From Candidatus Parcubacteria bacterium (GTDB taxonomy: Bacteria > Patescibacteriota > Minisyncoccia > UBA6257 > HR35), in assembly GCA_026004535.1 (NCBI GenBank), contig BPJI01000002.1, forward strand, positions 688 through 64,687: a DNA stretch of 64,000 nt. The letters run 5' to 3'. Position numbers and translations under genes: made by a program. Below the pieces are notes generated by a model, which was not told the DNA's origin, did no database searches, and was given only the letters and a program-made list of their open reading frames with translations. Positions 1-9,545 of the stretch are shown here, one piece after another (positions within the stretch are counted from its first letter, which is position 1; each line of letters starts with the position of its first letter).

Positions 1-309
1 TTCTTCTACTACAAACTCATTTAATAGTTGAGACGATTCCTGCAATGTTATATCTAAATTGCAGTTTCCCCCGGTGCAAACATCTCCTATTCTTTTTAAA
101 TACGGATCAAAACCTATGTATTTTACTCTGATATAATCATTATTGTTTATACTTTCCGAATCTAATGTGAAATTGCCGTTTGCGTCCGTTGAGGTGCCTA
201 TAATACGTCCATTGAAGTTTTTTGGTGTTCCATCAGAATCAGAAATATAAACATTGGCGCCTGCCAAATATTCTCCATTGTTTGATTTTATTTTCCCTGT
301 TATTTTCAT
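1..309 (-). CDS. CarboxypepD_reg-like (SusC N-terminal-type) domain protein, truncated by the window edge; not in ORF track
   Basis: Manual translation MKITGKIKSNNGEYLAGANVYISDSDG...GTSTDANGNFTL...VKYIGF...LDITLQESSQLLNEFVVEE matches the CarbopepD_reg_2 pattern. Confidence 0.75.
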   Translation of the reverse strand, partial: MKITGKIKSNNGEYLAGANVYISDSDGTPKNFNGRIIGTSTDANGNFTLDSESINNNDYIRVKYIGFDPYLKRIGDVCTGGNCNLDITLQESSQLLNEFVVEE

Positions 310-320
310 ATTTTTATTTT

Positions 321-866
321 TTATAGAACTTCTTTACCTGTTACTTGTGATAATAAACTTGTCATATTTGAATTTGACATTAAAGAAGCCAACTCTTTTT
401 GTGATATGCACCCCTTGCCTGTTACGCTTCTTAAATATTCGGAAGTTTGAATCCCAAAAATACCGTCTATTTTTATATCGCTTTTGCCATATCTATATTT
501 TAATATCAACTGCAACAATGCTATTTCAATTGATTTTTGATACGGTGAAGTTATTTCAATCGGATAATTTATTTGTCTTGGCAATCTTTTGGTTATATTT
601 ATTACATTAAACATTGTGACATATCTATTTATTACACCCGCACTCTGCGTGTCCGTCTGACTGCTACACGTGTCCCTGCCCGTAGTATCGTTGCCCGTTC
701 CCGTATTATTATTATTGACATTGTTTCCATTTGAATTGTTGCCCACTGATTTTGACCTTACTCTGTAAAAAATATAAGTAAATGATGCTACCAAAAAAAC
801 TAATAACGAAATATAAAAAAACAATTTTGCCAATAAAATATTTTTATTACCATCCCGCTCTATCAT
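321..866 (-). CDS. N-terminally anchored protein with peptidoglycan-binding (PG_binding_1-like) domain
   Basis: TM helix, N/T-rich linker, then ALLQLIL...IDGIFGIQT (LQxxL...DGxFGxxT motif). Confidence 0.6.
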   Translation of the reverse strand: MIERDGNKNILLAKLFFYISLLVFLVASFTYIFYRVRSKSVGNNSNGNNVNNNNTGTGNDTTGRDTCSSQTDTQSAGVINRYVTMFNVINITKRLPRQINYPIEITSPYQKSIEIALLQLILKYRYGKSDIKIDGIFGIQTSEYLRSVTGKGCISQKELASLMSNSNMTSLLSQVTGKEVL

Positions 867-885
867 GTTTAATTAAATATTTTTT

Positions 886-1764
886 TTAATTATTGTTTTT
901 TGTTTGTTTTTTTGACGTCTTTTTGTTTCTTTTTTTATTATTTTCATCTTTATTATTATTCACATTCGTCACTGTTTCCATTTGCGCAAGTTCAACATTA
1001 CTCCTTACATTTGCAGTATCATATTCCGTACCGTTAAATTCTTGAAACTGACTGTTGCCGTCTGTTACAATCTGATTGTATAATATCAATCCTAACAATT
1101 TTGATATTTCCGACTCCGTATTTATATATTCACCGACAAAAAAATAAAACACGTCTTCACTCATTTCGTTATTCTGCGTGTAATTCACCAATAAGCCCCA
1201 TTCGTCTGATGTTATCGGCTCAAAAAAATTATATGGCAACGCTCTGTTAAATACTCTGTCCCAAAGAATATATTTTACAATAAAAGACGCTTTACTGATA
1301 GAATCTTTTTTTATCGGAAACTCATCTTTTAATTTGTCAAAATATCCTGCATATATTGAACTTTGCGTATATTCATTAAAATTGATCCCTTTAACATAGT
1401 TATAAACATCTTTACCTGCTGCCACAACAGGACATGCCCCGCATTCCTGCCCGGTTTCTTTTTTTTCCCTGCCATTTTCCTTTTCCTTTTTAAAATTTTC
1501 GGTCTTTCCTTTGCCGACATCCATGAAAGTGTCTGCGTAATTATGCGTCAATGTATTTGTTCTTCCTATACCGACATTATCATCAACGACGACATTATCA
1601 TCATTTTCGTTGTTTTTATTGTTCTCTTTCTTTTTTTTATATTTTACAAACAATTTGACGCCATAAAACAGTCCGAATGTTATTAGGGATGATATTAAAA
1701 CATAAACGGCAACATTTCGGGGGTTTTTATTTAATTCAATTTCGTATTTGCTTGTATCAATCAT
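886..1764 (-). CDS. N-terminally membrane-anchored hypothetical (virion membrane) protein
   Basis: TM VAVYVLISSLITFGLFYGV followed by a Lys cluster. Confidence 0.7.
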   Translation of the reverse strand: MIDTSKYEIELNKNPRNVAVYVLISSLITFGLFYGVKLFVKYKKKKENNKNNENDDNVVVDDNVGIGRTNTLTHNYADTFMDVGKGKTENFKKEKENGREKKETGQECGACPVVAAGKDVYNYVKGINFNEYTQSSIYAGYFDKLKDEFPIKKDSISKASFIVKYILWDRVFNRALPYNFFEPITSDEWGLLVNYTQNNEMSEDVFYFFVGEYINTESEISKLLGLILYNQIVTDGNSQFQEFNGTEYDTANVRSNVELAQMETVTNVNNNKDENNKKRNKKTSKKQTKNNN

Positions 1765-1776
1765 AAATTATTTGTT

Positions 1777-1962
1777 TTAGATATTTTTTTTTGCAACGGT
1801 TACTATTGATGGTCTGCCCAAATTTTTTATTTGGTTTAAAAACGCCCGGTTTCTCATTTGCTCTTCTTTCATTTTTTTAACATAATAATATATTTTATAT
1901 GACAAAAATAACAATATTGTAAATAATAGAGCATAAACAAATATTTTTCCTTTATTTTTCAT
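1777..1962 (-). CDS. Small single-TM protein
   Basis: IFVYALLFTILLFLSY TM; abuts the upstream gene. Confidence 0.7.
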   Translation of the reverse strand: MKNKGKIFVYALLFTILLFLSYKIYYYVKKMKEEQMRNRAFLNQIKNLGRPSIVTVAKKNI

Positions 1963-3410
1963 TAACCTATTCTTTGGGATACCGTAGTTTTTTGTACTCT
2001 GCCCGCAAACGTTCTCCCTATTTGTTTTAACCTGTCTGCCGATGAAATATTTGGATCGCCTACCGAAGGCAATTGCTTACATTTTGCATTTTTGTTTATC
2101 AATAATTGTGCATCGTAATATCTTGGAAATAGTTTCATGCCAAAAATTATATTCATCATCGCAATAATATAACCACAATTTTGATCAAATATGTTTCTGT
2201 TTCTAATTAGACCTGTTAATGTTTGTTTTATTTGTGCGACGGTCATAAAACTACTGTCTTTGTCAAATAAGCCCTCCGGTGGTGCCGTCTCGGTATCGGG
2301 ATTTTCTGCATACCACTCACTTAAAGATTTTGCATAATTTGGCAATTCGGTTAATTTTGAAGGATACGCATAATTTTTCCCTAAAAATATCAATGAACGC
2401 AAAGATTCTTCATTAACATTTGGGAAACTCGGTGAAACAAGATATGTATAAGGAATATTTGTTTCACTTTCAGTATATGTCATATTTGTATTTGTAGAAG
2501 TATTCAGCTGGTTTATCATACCAGAAATAACACCGTGTTGCGGGTTTTTCATATCAGAATAAACATTTCTGATTTGTTGCGTTTGTTTTTGCGTATTTAT
2601 CTGATACTTAAACACACGAATAAACTTTGTTTTATATCCCCATCCTAAAAACCGTCCAATAGATAAGCAAACATATGCAGCATCCGATACATTTCCTACG
2701 AACACCTGTTCGTTTATATCATAATAGTAAGAACCTAATGAATTGAAATTTTGTCTTGTAGTCAATATTGTTGATTTAGTAATTTCTTTCACTCTATTGA
2801 AATCCTTTACAGGCACATAAATAAATTGATTGACTTTCTTATATTCAGTCAAACCTTTTGTTTTTAAGTAATTTATAGTTTCAGTATCATAATAACAAGG
2901 CATATTTTTATACTTATACATTTCATAATACATTGATTTTTCTTTATCCCATATCCATCCGCCATATTCAGGAAATTGTTTCATATTTGGAATCACCTCC
3001 GTGATAAATAACTTTTGTATAAAATCTAAATTTCCGCTCCAACTGTCAAAATTTCCTTTACCATAATTATTTTCAAACAAGCCCTTGCCAATCATATATT
3101 CGCTTACGGCATTTATTTTATCCGTATTTATATCTAAAATAGGATAATTATTGCTTGACGTTATCGGAACACCCGCCCATGAATATTTTTCGTCCTTGTA
3201 AATATAAAGTCCCGTATTGTCATCTTGGTCATAATCAAGGAAATAATCATTTTTAGTTTGGCTATTACTTGAACCTAAATCTCCATCATCATCTCCGTCC
3301 AACAATGCGTCCAACTCTTCTTCTTGCTTTTTCATATAGAAACTATAACCCAAATATATCAAAGCACCTATGAATATTATTTTTAGGATATTATTTGTTA
3401 TGCTTTTCAT
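1962..3410 (-). CDS. N-terminally anchored hypothetical protein (482 aa)
   Basis: TM IIFIGALIYLGYSFY; long ORF; TATATTTG promoter element upstream. Confidence 0.75.
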   Translation of the reverse strand: MKSITNNILKIIFIGALIYLGYSFYMKKQEEELDALLDGDDDGDLGSSNSQTKNDYFLDYDQDDNTGLYIYKDEKYSWAGVPITSSNNYPILDINTDKINAVSEYMIGKGLFENNYGKGNFDSWSGNLDFIQKLFITEVIPNMKQFPEYGGWIWDKEKSMYYEMYKYKNMPCYYDTETINYLKTKGLTEYKKVNQFIYVPVKDFNRVKEITKSTILTTRQNFNSLGSYYYDINEQVFVGNVSDAAYVCLSIGRFLGWGYKTKFIRVFKYQINTQKQTQQIRNVYSDMKNPQHGVISGMINQLNTSTNTNMTYTESETNIPYTYLVSPSFPNVNEESLRSLIFLGKNYAYPSKLTELPNYAKSLSEWYAENPDTETAPPEGLFDKDSSFMTVAQIKQTLTGLIRNRNIFDQNCGYIIAMMNIIFGMKLFPRYYDAQLLINKNAKCKQLPSVGDPNISSADRLKQIGRTFAGRVQKTTVSQRIG

Positions 3411-3443
3411 AAATATAATTTAATATAATTTATAAATTTAATA

Positions 3444-3451
3444 CAAATATA
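3444..3451 (-). promoter_or_regulatory. Bacteroidota sigma70 -7 element (TATATTTG)
   Basis: Matches TAnnTTTG ~33 nt upstream of the 3410 start. Confidence 0.5.
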
Positions 3452-3511
3452 AACAAATTGTGATTGCTTATATTAAAATTAAATATTAAGATTTATAGTT
3501 ATTTTACTATA

Positions 3512-3775
3512 TTAGTTTAGAGAATCTTTACTATAATTTTCGCTACTGTAATCAATTTTGCAGGCGTCGTCTTTACCGAATGATACGCCCGTTCCCCACA
3601 TGGTATTTATACTGCTTAAGATGTCTTTTGGCTTGCCTTTGCACATAAGAACGTCGTCTTTGTTGACGGAATATTTGTTTATTATTGCCTCTCCTCCTTC
3701 AACCTCAATAATGACACCGCCTTCTTTATGAGATTTGCCGGTAATATACCCGCCTATATGATATTTTTTTCGCAT
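3512..3775 (-). CDS. Stand-alone GG-rich domain of the type seen near the C-terminus of Bacteroidota phage tape-measure proteins
   Basis: YHIGGYITGKSHKEGGVIIEVEGGEAIINK...LSSIN...GVSF. Confidence 0.55.
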   Translation of the reverse strand: MRKKYHIGGYITGKSHKEGGVIIEVEGGEAIINKYSVNKDDVLMCKGKPKDILSSINTMWGTGVSFGKDDACKIDYSSENYSKDSLN

Positions 3776-3821
3776 TTATATGAAAGCACAGAATAATCAT
3801 TTTTGTTGCATATTAAACACT

Positions 3822-4079
3822 CTAATTTTTAATATCTTCTTCATTTTTTTTGAATAACTCTTCTTCTAATTTTTGACGTTTTATCTTACTTCTTTTATAT
3901 TCTTGATAATTTTTCAAAAATACCATATAAACAGAAAGAAAAACCACCAATCTGACTATCAATGTGGTTATATCATTTACGATTTCCATATTTGTCATAA
4001 TCCACGCAGCAATTCCTATAAGTACATTTTTTATCCCGTCCCAAATATTGTCAAATGATATGTGTTTATCCCAACTCAT
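3822..4079 (-). CDS. Small membrane protein, possibly holin-like
   Basis: Two hydrophobic segments and a charged C-tail; ATG at 4079 overlaps the upstream stop (ATGA), preferred over 4115. Confidence 0.5.
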   Translation of the reverse strand: MSWDKHISFDNIWDGIKNVLIGIAAWIMTNMEIVNDITTLIVRLVVFLSVYMVFLKNYQEYKRSKIKRQKLEEELFKKNEEDIKN

Positions 4080-4390
4080 AATAATATAACTATTTCCAAT
4101 GATGTGTTCTGACAATCTATAACGAACGAATTTGGTGCATAAACCCTGCTTTCAACCTTTGGCAATTGATAAATTTCATTTGGTTTTATTACATTTACCT
4201 TATCAGCATCTGCAATATTAAACTTTGTGTTAGTCGTCTCATCAATACATACAATATTGGCTTTTTTTGGTCTCAAATAAGCATCATTACTACCCGTATT
4301 TCTTATTGTCATTCCTTCTATCGGATAGTCAATAGTGAATAGTCGGTTGCTTATTCTGAATGGAAATAATATGTAACTTGTGTCAAACAT
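4076..4390 (-). CDS. Small beta-rich protein, candidate minor jelly-roll (vertex/penton-like)
   Basis: 104 aa with alternating beta pattern (MTIRNTGSNDAYLR, SLEIVILL) in the structural operon. Confidence 0.35.
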   Translation of the reverse strand: MFDTSYILFPFRISNRLFTIDYPIEGMTIRNTGSNDAYLRPKKANIVCIDETTNTKFNIADADKVNVIKPNEIYQLPKVESRVYAPNSFVIDCQNTSLEIVILL

Positions 4391-4392
4391 AA

Positions 4393-5019
4393 TTACTTAA
4401 TGTTTCCGATTATTTTATTCTCTAAATTGTTATCAAGGTCTAATTTTTTAACTTTTATATTACTCAAATCTTCACCTTTATTTTTCATCTCCTCTACTTC
4501 ATCTTGCGTATAAAACTGAACACATTCGGAAGTCAATCCCATCACTTTATCATCACATATAATCGCTCCGTCCAACAAATAATATGTTTTTCCTCCAAAC
4601 TCAAATGGAATATCTTTGCTTATGAATAACAACAAATATGTGCTGTTTATGTCTTTGATATTTTCATTGTTTTTGTTATTTTCCTTCCAGTTAATTAAAA
4701 TATCATTTAACATTGTTTTAATTTGATTTACAAACAAAAACAGTTTACCTAACATTTTTGACAGTTTCACTTTGTGCTGTTCATTCGTTTTTGTATTTAT
4801 TAAGTGTATGCTTATCCTGTCTTCATCCTGAAAATACTCATATTTAATTCTCAAATCCTGTGGCTCAATTTTGAAATTTTTCTTTGCATAAGACACACAT
4901 TCTTTGGTTAATGCAAACAGCATAAATTTCATTGCATCTTTTTGCGACATTGATGCAACAAACTCTGTTACATCTAAATTACCACCTTTTAAAGCATTTG
5001 AAAACATTTTTCCTATCAT
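4393..5019 (-). CDS. Hypothetical protein
   Basis: 208-aa ORF with TAACTTTG element upstream. Confidence 0.7.
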   Translation of the reverse strand: MIGKMFSNALKGGNLDVTEFVASMSQKDAMKFMLFALTKECVSYAKKNFKIEPQDLRIKYEYFQDEDRISIHLINTKTNEQHKVKLSKMLGKLFLFVNQIKTMLNDILINWKENNKNNENIKDINSTYLLLFISKDIPFEFGGKTYYLLDGAIICDDKVMGLTSECVQFYTQDEVEEMKNKGEDLSNIKVKKLDLDNNLENKIIGNIK

Positions 5020-5048
5020 AACAATATATTTTTTTAGTTATTTAATCA

Positions 5049-5056
5049 CAAAGTTA
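5049..5056 (-). promoter_or_regulatory. Bacteroidota sigma70 -7 element (TAACTTTG)
   Basis: TAnnTTTG ~30 nt upstream of the 5019 start. Confidence 0.45.
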
Positions 5057-5062
5057 ACAATT

Positions 5063-5587
5063 TTATTCAATTAAATCACTTAAATAAAAGTCCACCATAA
5101 ATTTTAAATTTAAAGGTATTCCAATATATTTAACGCTGTATAAAAACTCAATTTGAAATATCGTGCTATTTTTAATTGCTTCTTGATTGCTTTGTTTTAA
5201 TTCTATATTGAGTTTTTTGATTAAGTCAATCAAAGATGTGCTCAAATTTCTTAAATCAATCTCTCCTTCCAATTCTATTATATTTGTTCTGAACGGCTTA
5301 ATAACTTTAATGCTGTCATTTATATCATACAGTTTACCTATATATTTGTTTTCAACATAAATATTATATTCATGTTTTTTTACGTATATGTTAAATAAAT
5401 TTTTTGATTTAAATTTTACTTTCAAATAAATATATGCCTTTTTTTCGTTTAAATCTATTTTCTTTATTTTCGCCAATAAAATTTCAAATTCAAAATCCTG
5501 CAATTGTCTATATTCTCTCAAAGCAGTTATTCCCAACCCGGTCAAACCTATTGCAATTCCCAAAGATATGCCGCTTGATTTACTCAT
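5063..5587 (-). CDS. LEA_2/WHy-like membrane-anchored protein
   Basis: N-terminal TM, then LKVKFKSKNLFNIYV..YNIYVENKYIG...IKPFRTNII beta pattern. Confidence 0.55.
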   Translation of the reverse strand: MSKSSGISLGIAIGLTGLGITALREYRQLQDFEFEILLAKIKKIDLNEKKAYIYLKVKFKSKNLFNIYVKKHEYNIYVENKYIGKLYDINDSIKVIKPFRTNIIELEGEIDLRNLSTSLIDLIKKLNIELKQSNQEAIKNSTIFQIEFLYSVKYIGIPLNLKFMVDFYLSDLIE

Positions 5588-5589
5588 AA

Positions 5590-5727
5590 TTAAACGTGTA
5601 TAATATAATACTCTTTGTTCTGATAAAATATGCCCGATTTATTTTGTTTTTTGATGCTCCTTCTTGTATTGATGTAAATAATCAAAAATGTTGAAAATAA
5701 TGTAAAATATGCCCAAAAAACTCTCAT
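5590..5727 (-). CDS. 45-aa single-TM protein (below ORF-track cutoff)
   Basis: MRVFWAYFTLFSTFLIIYINTRRSIKK...; fills the gap with an ATGA overlap. Confidence 0.6.
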   Translation of the reverse strand: MRVFWAYFTLFSTFLIIYINTRRSIKKQNKSGIFYQNKEYYIIHV

Positions 5728-6191
5728 TTTAATTTGTTTATATATTCGCTTAATTGAGAATACTCTTCATCATTAAGCAAATTTTTCATATTTATCATAA
5801 AATCTTCCTTAAACGACAAAGTGTATATCGTATTAAAGCATTTCCAATCCTGAATTGTTTTTACGGCACTTTTAAAAATTGACATCAATTCACTAAATTC
5901 GCCATCAGTAAAAATGCTGAAAGTTGATTTATTGTCATTGTAAATAACTCTAATTTTAACAACAGCATTTTTAAACAATTTTGTTTTTATTTCATTTGAC
6001 AGGCAATTCTTTTTAATATCATCTGATTCATTTAATGTGCTCCCTGAACCTGACTTTTGATTGATTAAATCATACAAAGCGTTTTTTTCAGATTCGTTTC
6101 TATTTGAACGAATAAGAAAATATGCAAACGTTCCCGTTGAAATGAAACCTAAAAAAATTAAAGATACCGGTATTTTGCTATTTTCTGCCAT
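5724..6191 (-). CDS. N-terminally anchored hypothetical protein
   Basis: TM LIFLGFISTGTFAYFLI. Confidence 0.7.
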   Translation of the reverse strand: MAENSKIPVSLIFLGFISTGTFAYFLIRSNRNESEKNALYDLINQKSGSGSTLNESDDIKKNCLSNEIKTKLFKNAVVKIRVIYNDNKSTFSIFTDGEFSELMSIFKSAVKTIQDWKCFNTIYTLSFKEDFMINMKNLLNDEEYSQLSEYINKLK

Positions 6192-6555
6192 ATTTTATAG
6201 CATAAAGTAATGGCAATGATTTTACAACACCATATAACAAAAATCCAATTCCTGCCACAATTCCTACTTTTATAAACGTATTTGTGTAATTTGCATAAAA
6301 ATCATTGATTTTATTCAACCAACTGCGTTGGTCTTGTATCTCAACACCTCTATCCAACATTTGTTTATAAAAATAGTCATTTGATTTCAAACTTACATCT
6401 CCCAATTTTGAAAATGCATATAAGAATATAGAATTTGCCCTAAATTTTCCATACCTTCTTTTTAACTCATCATACCACAATATCCATTCTTCGGGTGTGG
6501 ATGATTTTGAAGGTATGGAAATTATAGATTCGGGCAAATCTTTATAATCCTTCAT
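6178..6555 (-). CDS. C-terminally anchored hypothetical protein
   Basis: C-terminal TM VGIVAGIGFLLYGVV. Confidence 0.7.
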   Translation of the reverse strand: MKDYKDLPESIISIPSKSSTPEEWILWYDELKRRYGKFRANSIFLYAFSKLGDVSLKSNDYFYKQMLDRGVEIQDQRSWLNKINDFYANYTNTFIKVGIVAGIGFLLYGVVKSLPLLYAIKYGRK

Positions 6556-6570
6556 TCAATTTTGTATTGA

Positions 6571-7305
6571 TTATCTTTTGTTCGGTTTTTTTGCGGGTTT
6601 ACGTCCACGTCTTGCGGGCTTTGGTTTTGATTCGGAACGGCTTGCGGGCTTACGTCCACTTCTTGCAGGTTTAGGCGTTGAAGCAGTTTGGCTTGCCGGT
6701 TTGCGTTTACGTTTTTTGGGCTTGCGTCCACGTCTTGCGGGCTTTGGTTTTGATTCTTCCTGGCTTGCGGGCTTGCGTCCACGTCTTGCGGGTTTTTTAT
6801 CTTCCTTGTCAATTTTGAAATCTGATGCATTTCTCTTTGCATCATCAACAGTTTTTACTCTACACGCAAAAGATGAAAGACCAATTTCATCTATGCCCAA
6901 TTTGATGCCACTTCTTACTTTTTTACCTTGATTGCTGCAATATTCTTTTATTTTTGCGCTATCATTTCCCGTATAGTCCTTATATACTTGTAAAAACTTT
7001 ACAGGGTCGGTCGTTGCTAATCTTGATATGATATAATCCCCCTTGTTGATAAGTTCGGATTTATCTCCCTTTTTGCCTTGCACTATCTCTACAGAAGATC
7101 CAATAGAAGACAGTGCATTTTCAAACGAACCTTTTTTGGATTTTGATTGCCCTACCAACTTTCTTTTACGTCCAAATTCGTTAACTACTGAAATTTCCGT
7201 TGTATATATTTTATTTTTCCCTTCTTTGGAAGAAAGGTGTTTGACATCCGTTACATAATAACGTAACGTTAAATGATAAACCTTATTTTTCGATTTTGTT
7301 GCCAT
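6571..7305 (-). CDS. Basic histone-like / DNA-condensing protein
   Basis: C-terminal repeats KPARRGRKP x3 plus KPARSGRKP (AT-hook-like). Confidence 0.6.
   Translation of the reverse strand: MATKSKNKVYHLTLRYYVTDVKHLSSKEGKNKIYTTEISVVNEFGRKRKLVGQSKSKKGSFENALSSIGSSVEIVQGKKGDKSELINKGDYIISRLATTDPVKFLQVYKDYTGNDSAKIKEYCSNQGKKVRSGIKLGIDEIGLSSFACRVKTVDDAKRNASDFKIDKEDKKPARRGRKPASQEESKPKPARRGRKPKKRKRKPASQTASTPKPARSGRKPASRSESKPKPARRGRKPAKKPNKR
6590..6795 (-). repeat. Coding tandem repeats (gcgggcttgcgtccacgtcttgcggg-like units)
   Basis: Four imperfect GC-rich units encoding KPARRGRKP. Confidence 0.85.
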
Positions 7306-7406
7306 AGTTGTAAGTTTTAAAATTAAAATTTGATACTAAATTAAAAATATTTTTTTTATTTTTTGTATTGATTGCCTGTTATATTTTTAGCATATTTATT
7401 ACAAAT

Positions 7407-9533
7407 TCAGTTATTCGTTGAAAATGTTCTTGACAATAATAAAATACCTGACAATATCATAGCACTCATAACAACAATTGATATTGTTTTTCTTTTTCTT
7501 AATTCTTCCAATCTTTTTTCATCATCATTGTTTGGATTTTGTGCATATTGCTGTGCTTGTAATAGTGCTTGTGTCAATTCTTGATTTACGTTTGGGTCGT
7601 TTTCATTTACATTGTCAGCGGGAACGTTTGTTTCTTGGGCTGGTATAAATAATTGTATCAATTCAATAACACTTTGTGCTAAAGCAGCAATTTGAGCAAG
7701 GTCTAACGCAGTTTTTGCGGTGGCTGCTGCAGTCGTTCCACCATCCAAATAATATTCGTAATAACTATTCAAATATTCCAATTCTTCATCCGGTATATTA
7801 GCGGTTTCTAAATAATAAAAGTGCGTGTTTTTATAATAATCGGTTTTACTTAAATCCAATTCCATAAAATCAATATCATAAGCAATGTCGTTTGCTATAT
7901 CTTTTAATCCAACTTTTCTTTTCCATCCAAACGGGTCTTTAAATAAGATATTTTTTGCTTTTCTTGTTGCACCTATTTCAACAGAAGCATCTAAATTGAT
8001 TTTATCGAAACCAATTTTTTTAACCATCTCATCTATGAATTTTTTGTATCTCTCCGGGTCTTGCTCTTTTACCATTTTCAATACCGAAGCATATCCCCAA
8101 AGATTTGACCTTAAAGCACCTATGAATGAAGCACGTAAGTTTCCAAACATAATTGCTGTCGGCGGGAATACACGTTTAATAAACCTGTTAAACACACTCA
8201 TTCCCCTTTCTGATTTTACCAATTCCCTGAATTTTTTACGTTCATCTTTGATCTTCTCTCTTACTGATTTCCAACAATCTGCTTGTTTTTTGCTTAAAAT
8301 CAAAAAAGACGAACCGCACTGTTGTCTTCCTTGACGTCTTAATTCTTTTATTTTATTACGCTTTTCTTTGCGTTTCTCACGAATAATTTTTTTTCTTTCC
8401 AATTTAGATTTTAACTTTTCTTCTCTTAATAATACTCGTTCTAACTTTTTGCGTTTTCTTGGATTAGTTTTGGCTTTCTCCATTAATTTTTGCTTTCTCT
8501 TTTCCAATCTTTTTAAACGCCATTTGTCAAATATCAATTCATTTTCGTTTCCTTCCAAATCGCTTAATATAATAAAAAACAATTTTGCTCCTTCATCTTT
8601 TGTAAGCAGACCATTATTAACATATCGGAAAACCTTTTCATAAACATAATCTTCTAATTGATTTGCCGTTTCTTCGTCATTTTCTTTTATTAATTGCTTG
8701 TAAAAATAAATATTTTGAGGCGTTACAATATCTTCATATATTGCCCTTGCCAAAAATTCTTTATCGGTTTGCAAATGAATATCAAATTTGATTTCATTAT
8801 CTATATCATAAGACACTCCGTTTGGAAGCACATTATCATCGCCTTTCACATGTGTAATGATATAATCGCAAAATTCAACATCATCAAAAGGATGGTGAGG
8901 TATATTTTTTAGTAGTTTGATATTTGATTGTACTGTATAAAGAAACAATACAACATCAGTAATGGCATAATAAATAAACGGATGAAATTCAATTGTATCT
9001 AAAAAGGTAGTAACATTTCCATCATTTTTTACAAGAATACCTATATCTTCATTTGCAGTTTGAACAAGTAAAATAGAATTTAAAAAGTCATCAATATTGC
9101 CATTTGCAGAAATATCAATTTTTACAGGTTTTTCTTTTAGGTTGTTATCAAGTCCTTTAAAATTTAATTCAAATTTTACCAATGCGTTTCTTACAATTTT
9201 TTTAATTCTTGCCTTTCCTATGCTATCACGGAAGTTTATGCTTAAATCATTTAATAATTTTTCAAACTTTAATTCGGCTTTCTTGTCTTTTATACCTGCG
9301 TTCAGCAAGTTATACAATGTATATCCTACATTAAACCAATTATATGCAATTATGTTGAATATTGCGTCTGCTGTTAATGTTTTATCATTATGTAAATTTC
9401 TTTCTTTTGCATAACGTAAAAAGTTTTTGTATCTTTTATGGAAATACTTTTCCAAAACAATTTTTTTGCCCGTTTCTGTTGATATATTTGATTCTATCGT
9501 GCTTAAATTTTTATTGATTGAAACTGCTTTCAT
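7407..9533 (-). CDS. Large tail-anchored virion-type protein (708 aa)
   Basis: Highly basic central coiled coil, Ala-rich amphipathic helix, C-terminal TM. Confidence 0.7.
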   Translation of the reverse strand: MKAVSINKNLSTIESNISTETGKKIVLEKYFHKRYKNFLRYAKERNLHNDKTLTADAIFNIIAYNWFNVGYTLYNLLNAGIKDKKAELKFEKLLNDLSINFRDSIGKARIKKIVRNALVKFELNFKGLDNNLKEKPVKIDISANGNIDDFLNSILLVQTANEDIGILVKNDGNVTTFLDTIEFHPFIYYAITDVVLFLYTVQSNIKLLKNIPHHPFDDVEFCDYIITHVKGDDNVLPNGVSYDIDNEIKFDIHLQTDKEFLARAIYEDIVTPQNIYFYKQLIKENDEETANQLEDYVYEKVFRYVNNGLLTKDEGAKLFFIILSDLEGNENELIFDKWRLKRLEKRKQKLMEKAKTNPRKRKKLERVLLREEKLKSKLERKKIIREKRKEKRNKIKELRRQGRQQCGSSFLILSKKQADCWKSVREKIKDERKKFRELVKSERGMSVFNRFIKRVFPPTAIMFGNLRASFIGALRSNLWGYASVLKMVKEQDPERYKKFIDEMVKKIGFDKINLDASVEIGATRKAKNILFKDPFGWKRKVGLKDIANDIAYDIDFMELDLSKTDYYKNTHFYYLETANIPDEELEYLNSYYEYYLDGGTTAAATAKTALDLAQIAALAQSVIELIQLFIPAQETNVPADNVNENDPNVNQELTQALLQAQQYAQNPNNDDEKRLEELRKRKTISIVVMSAMILSGILLLSRTFSTNN

Positions 9534-9545
9534 AATTGTAAAATT

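Noticed and set aside
254-610. 118-aa plus-strand ORF and the many other short antisense ORFs in the track (e.g. 1363, 7885, 9097, 32121, 40448, 50258)
   Set aside because: They are shadows of longer, motif-bearing genes on the opposite strand, with F/L/I/S-rich composition typical of antisense AT-rich DNA
6552-6931. Alternative-frame ORFs 6552..6848 (-) and 6578..6931 (+) with repeats
   Set aside because: Open only because the GC-rich KPARRGRKP coding repeat lacks stop codons
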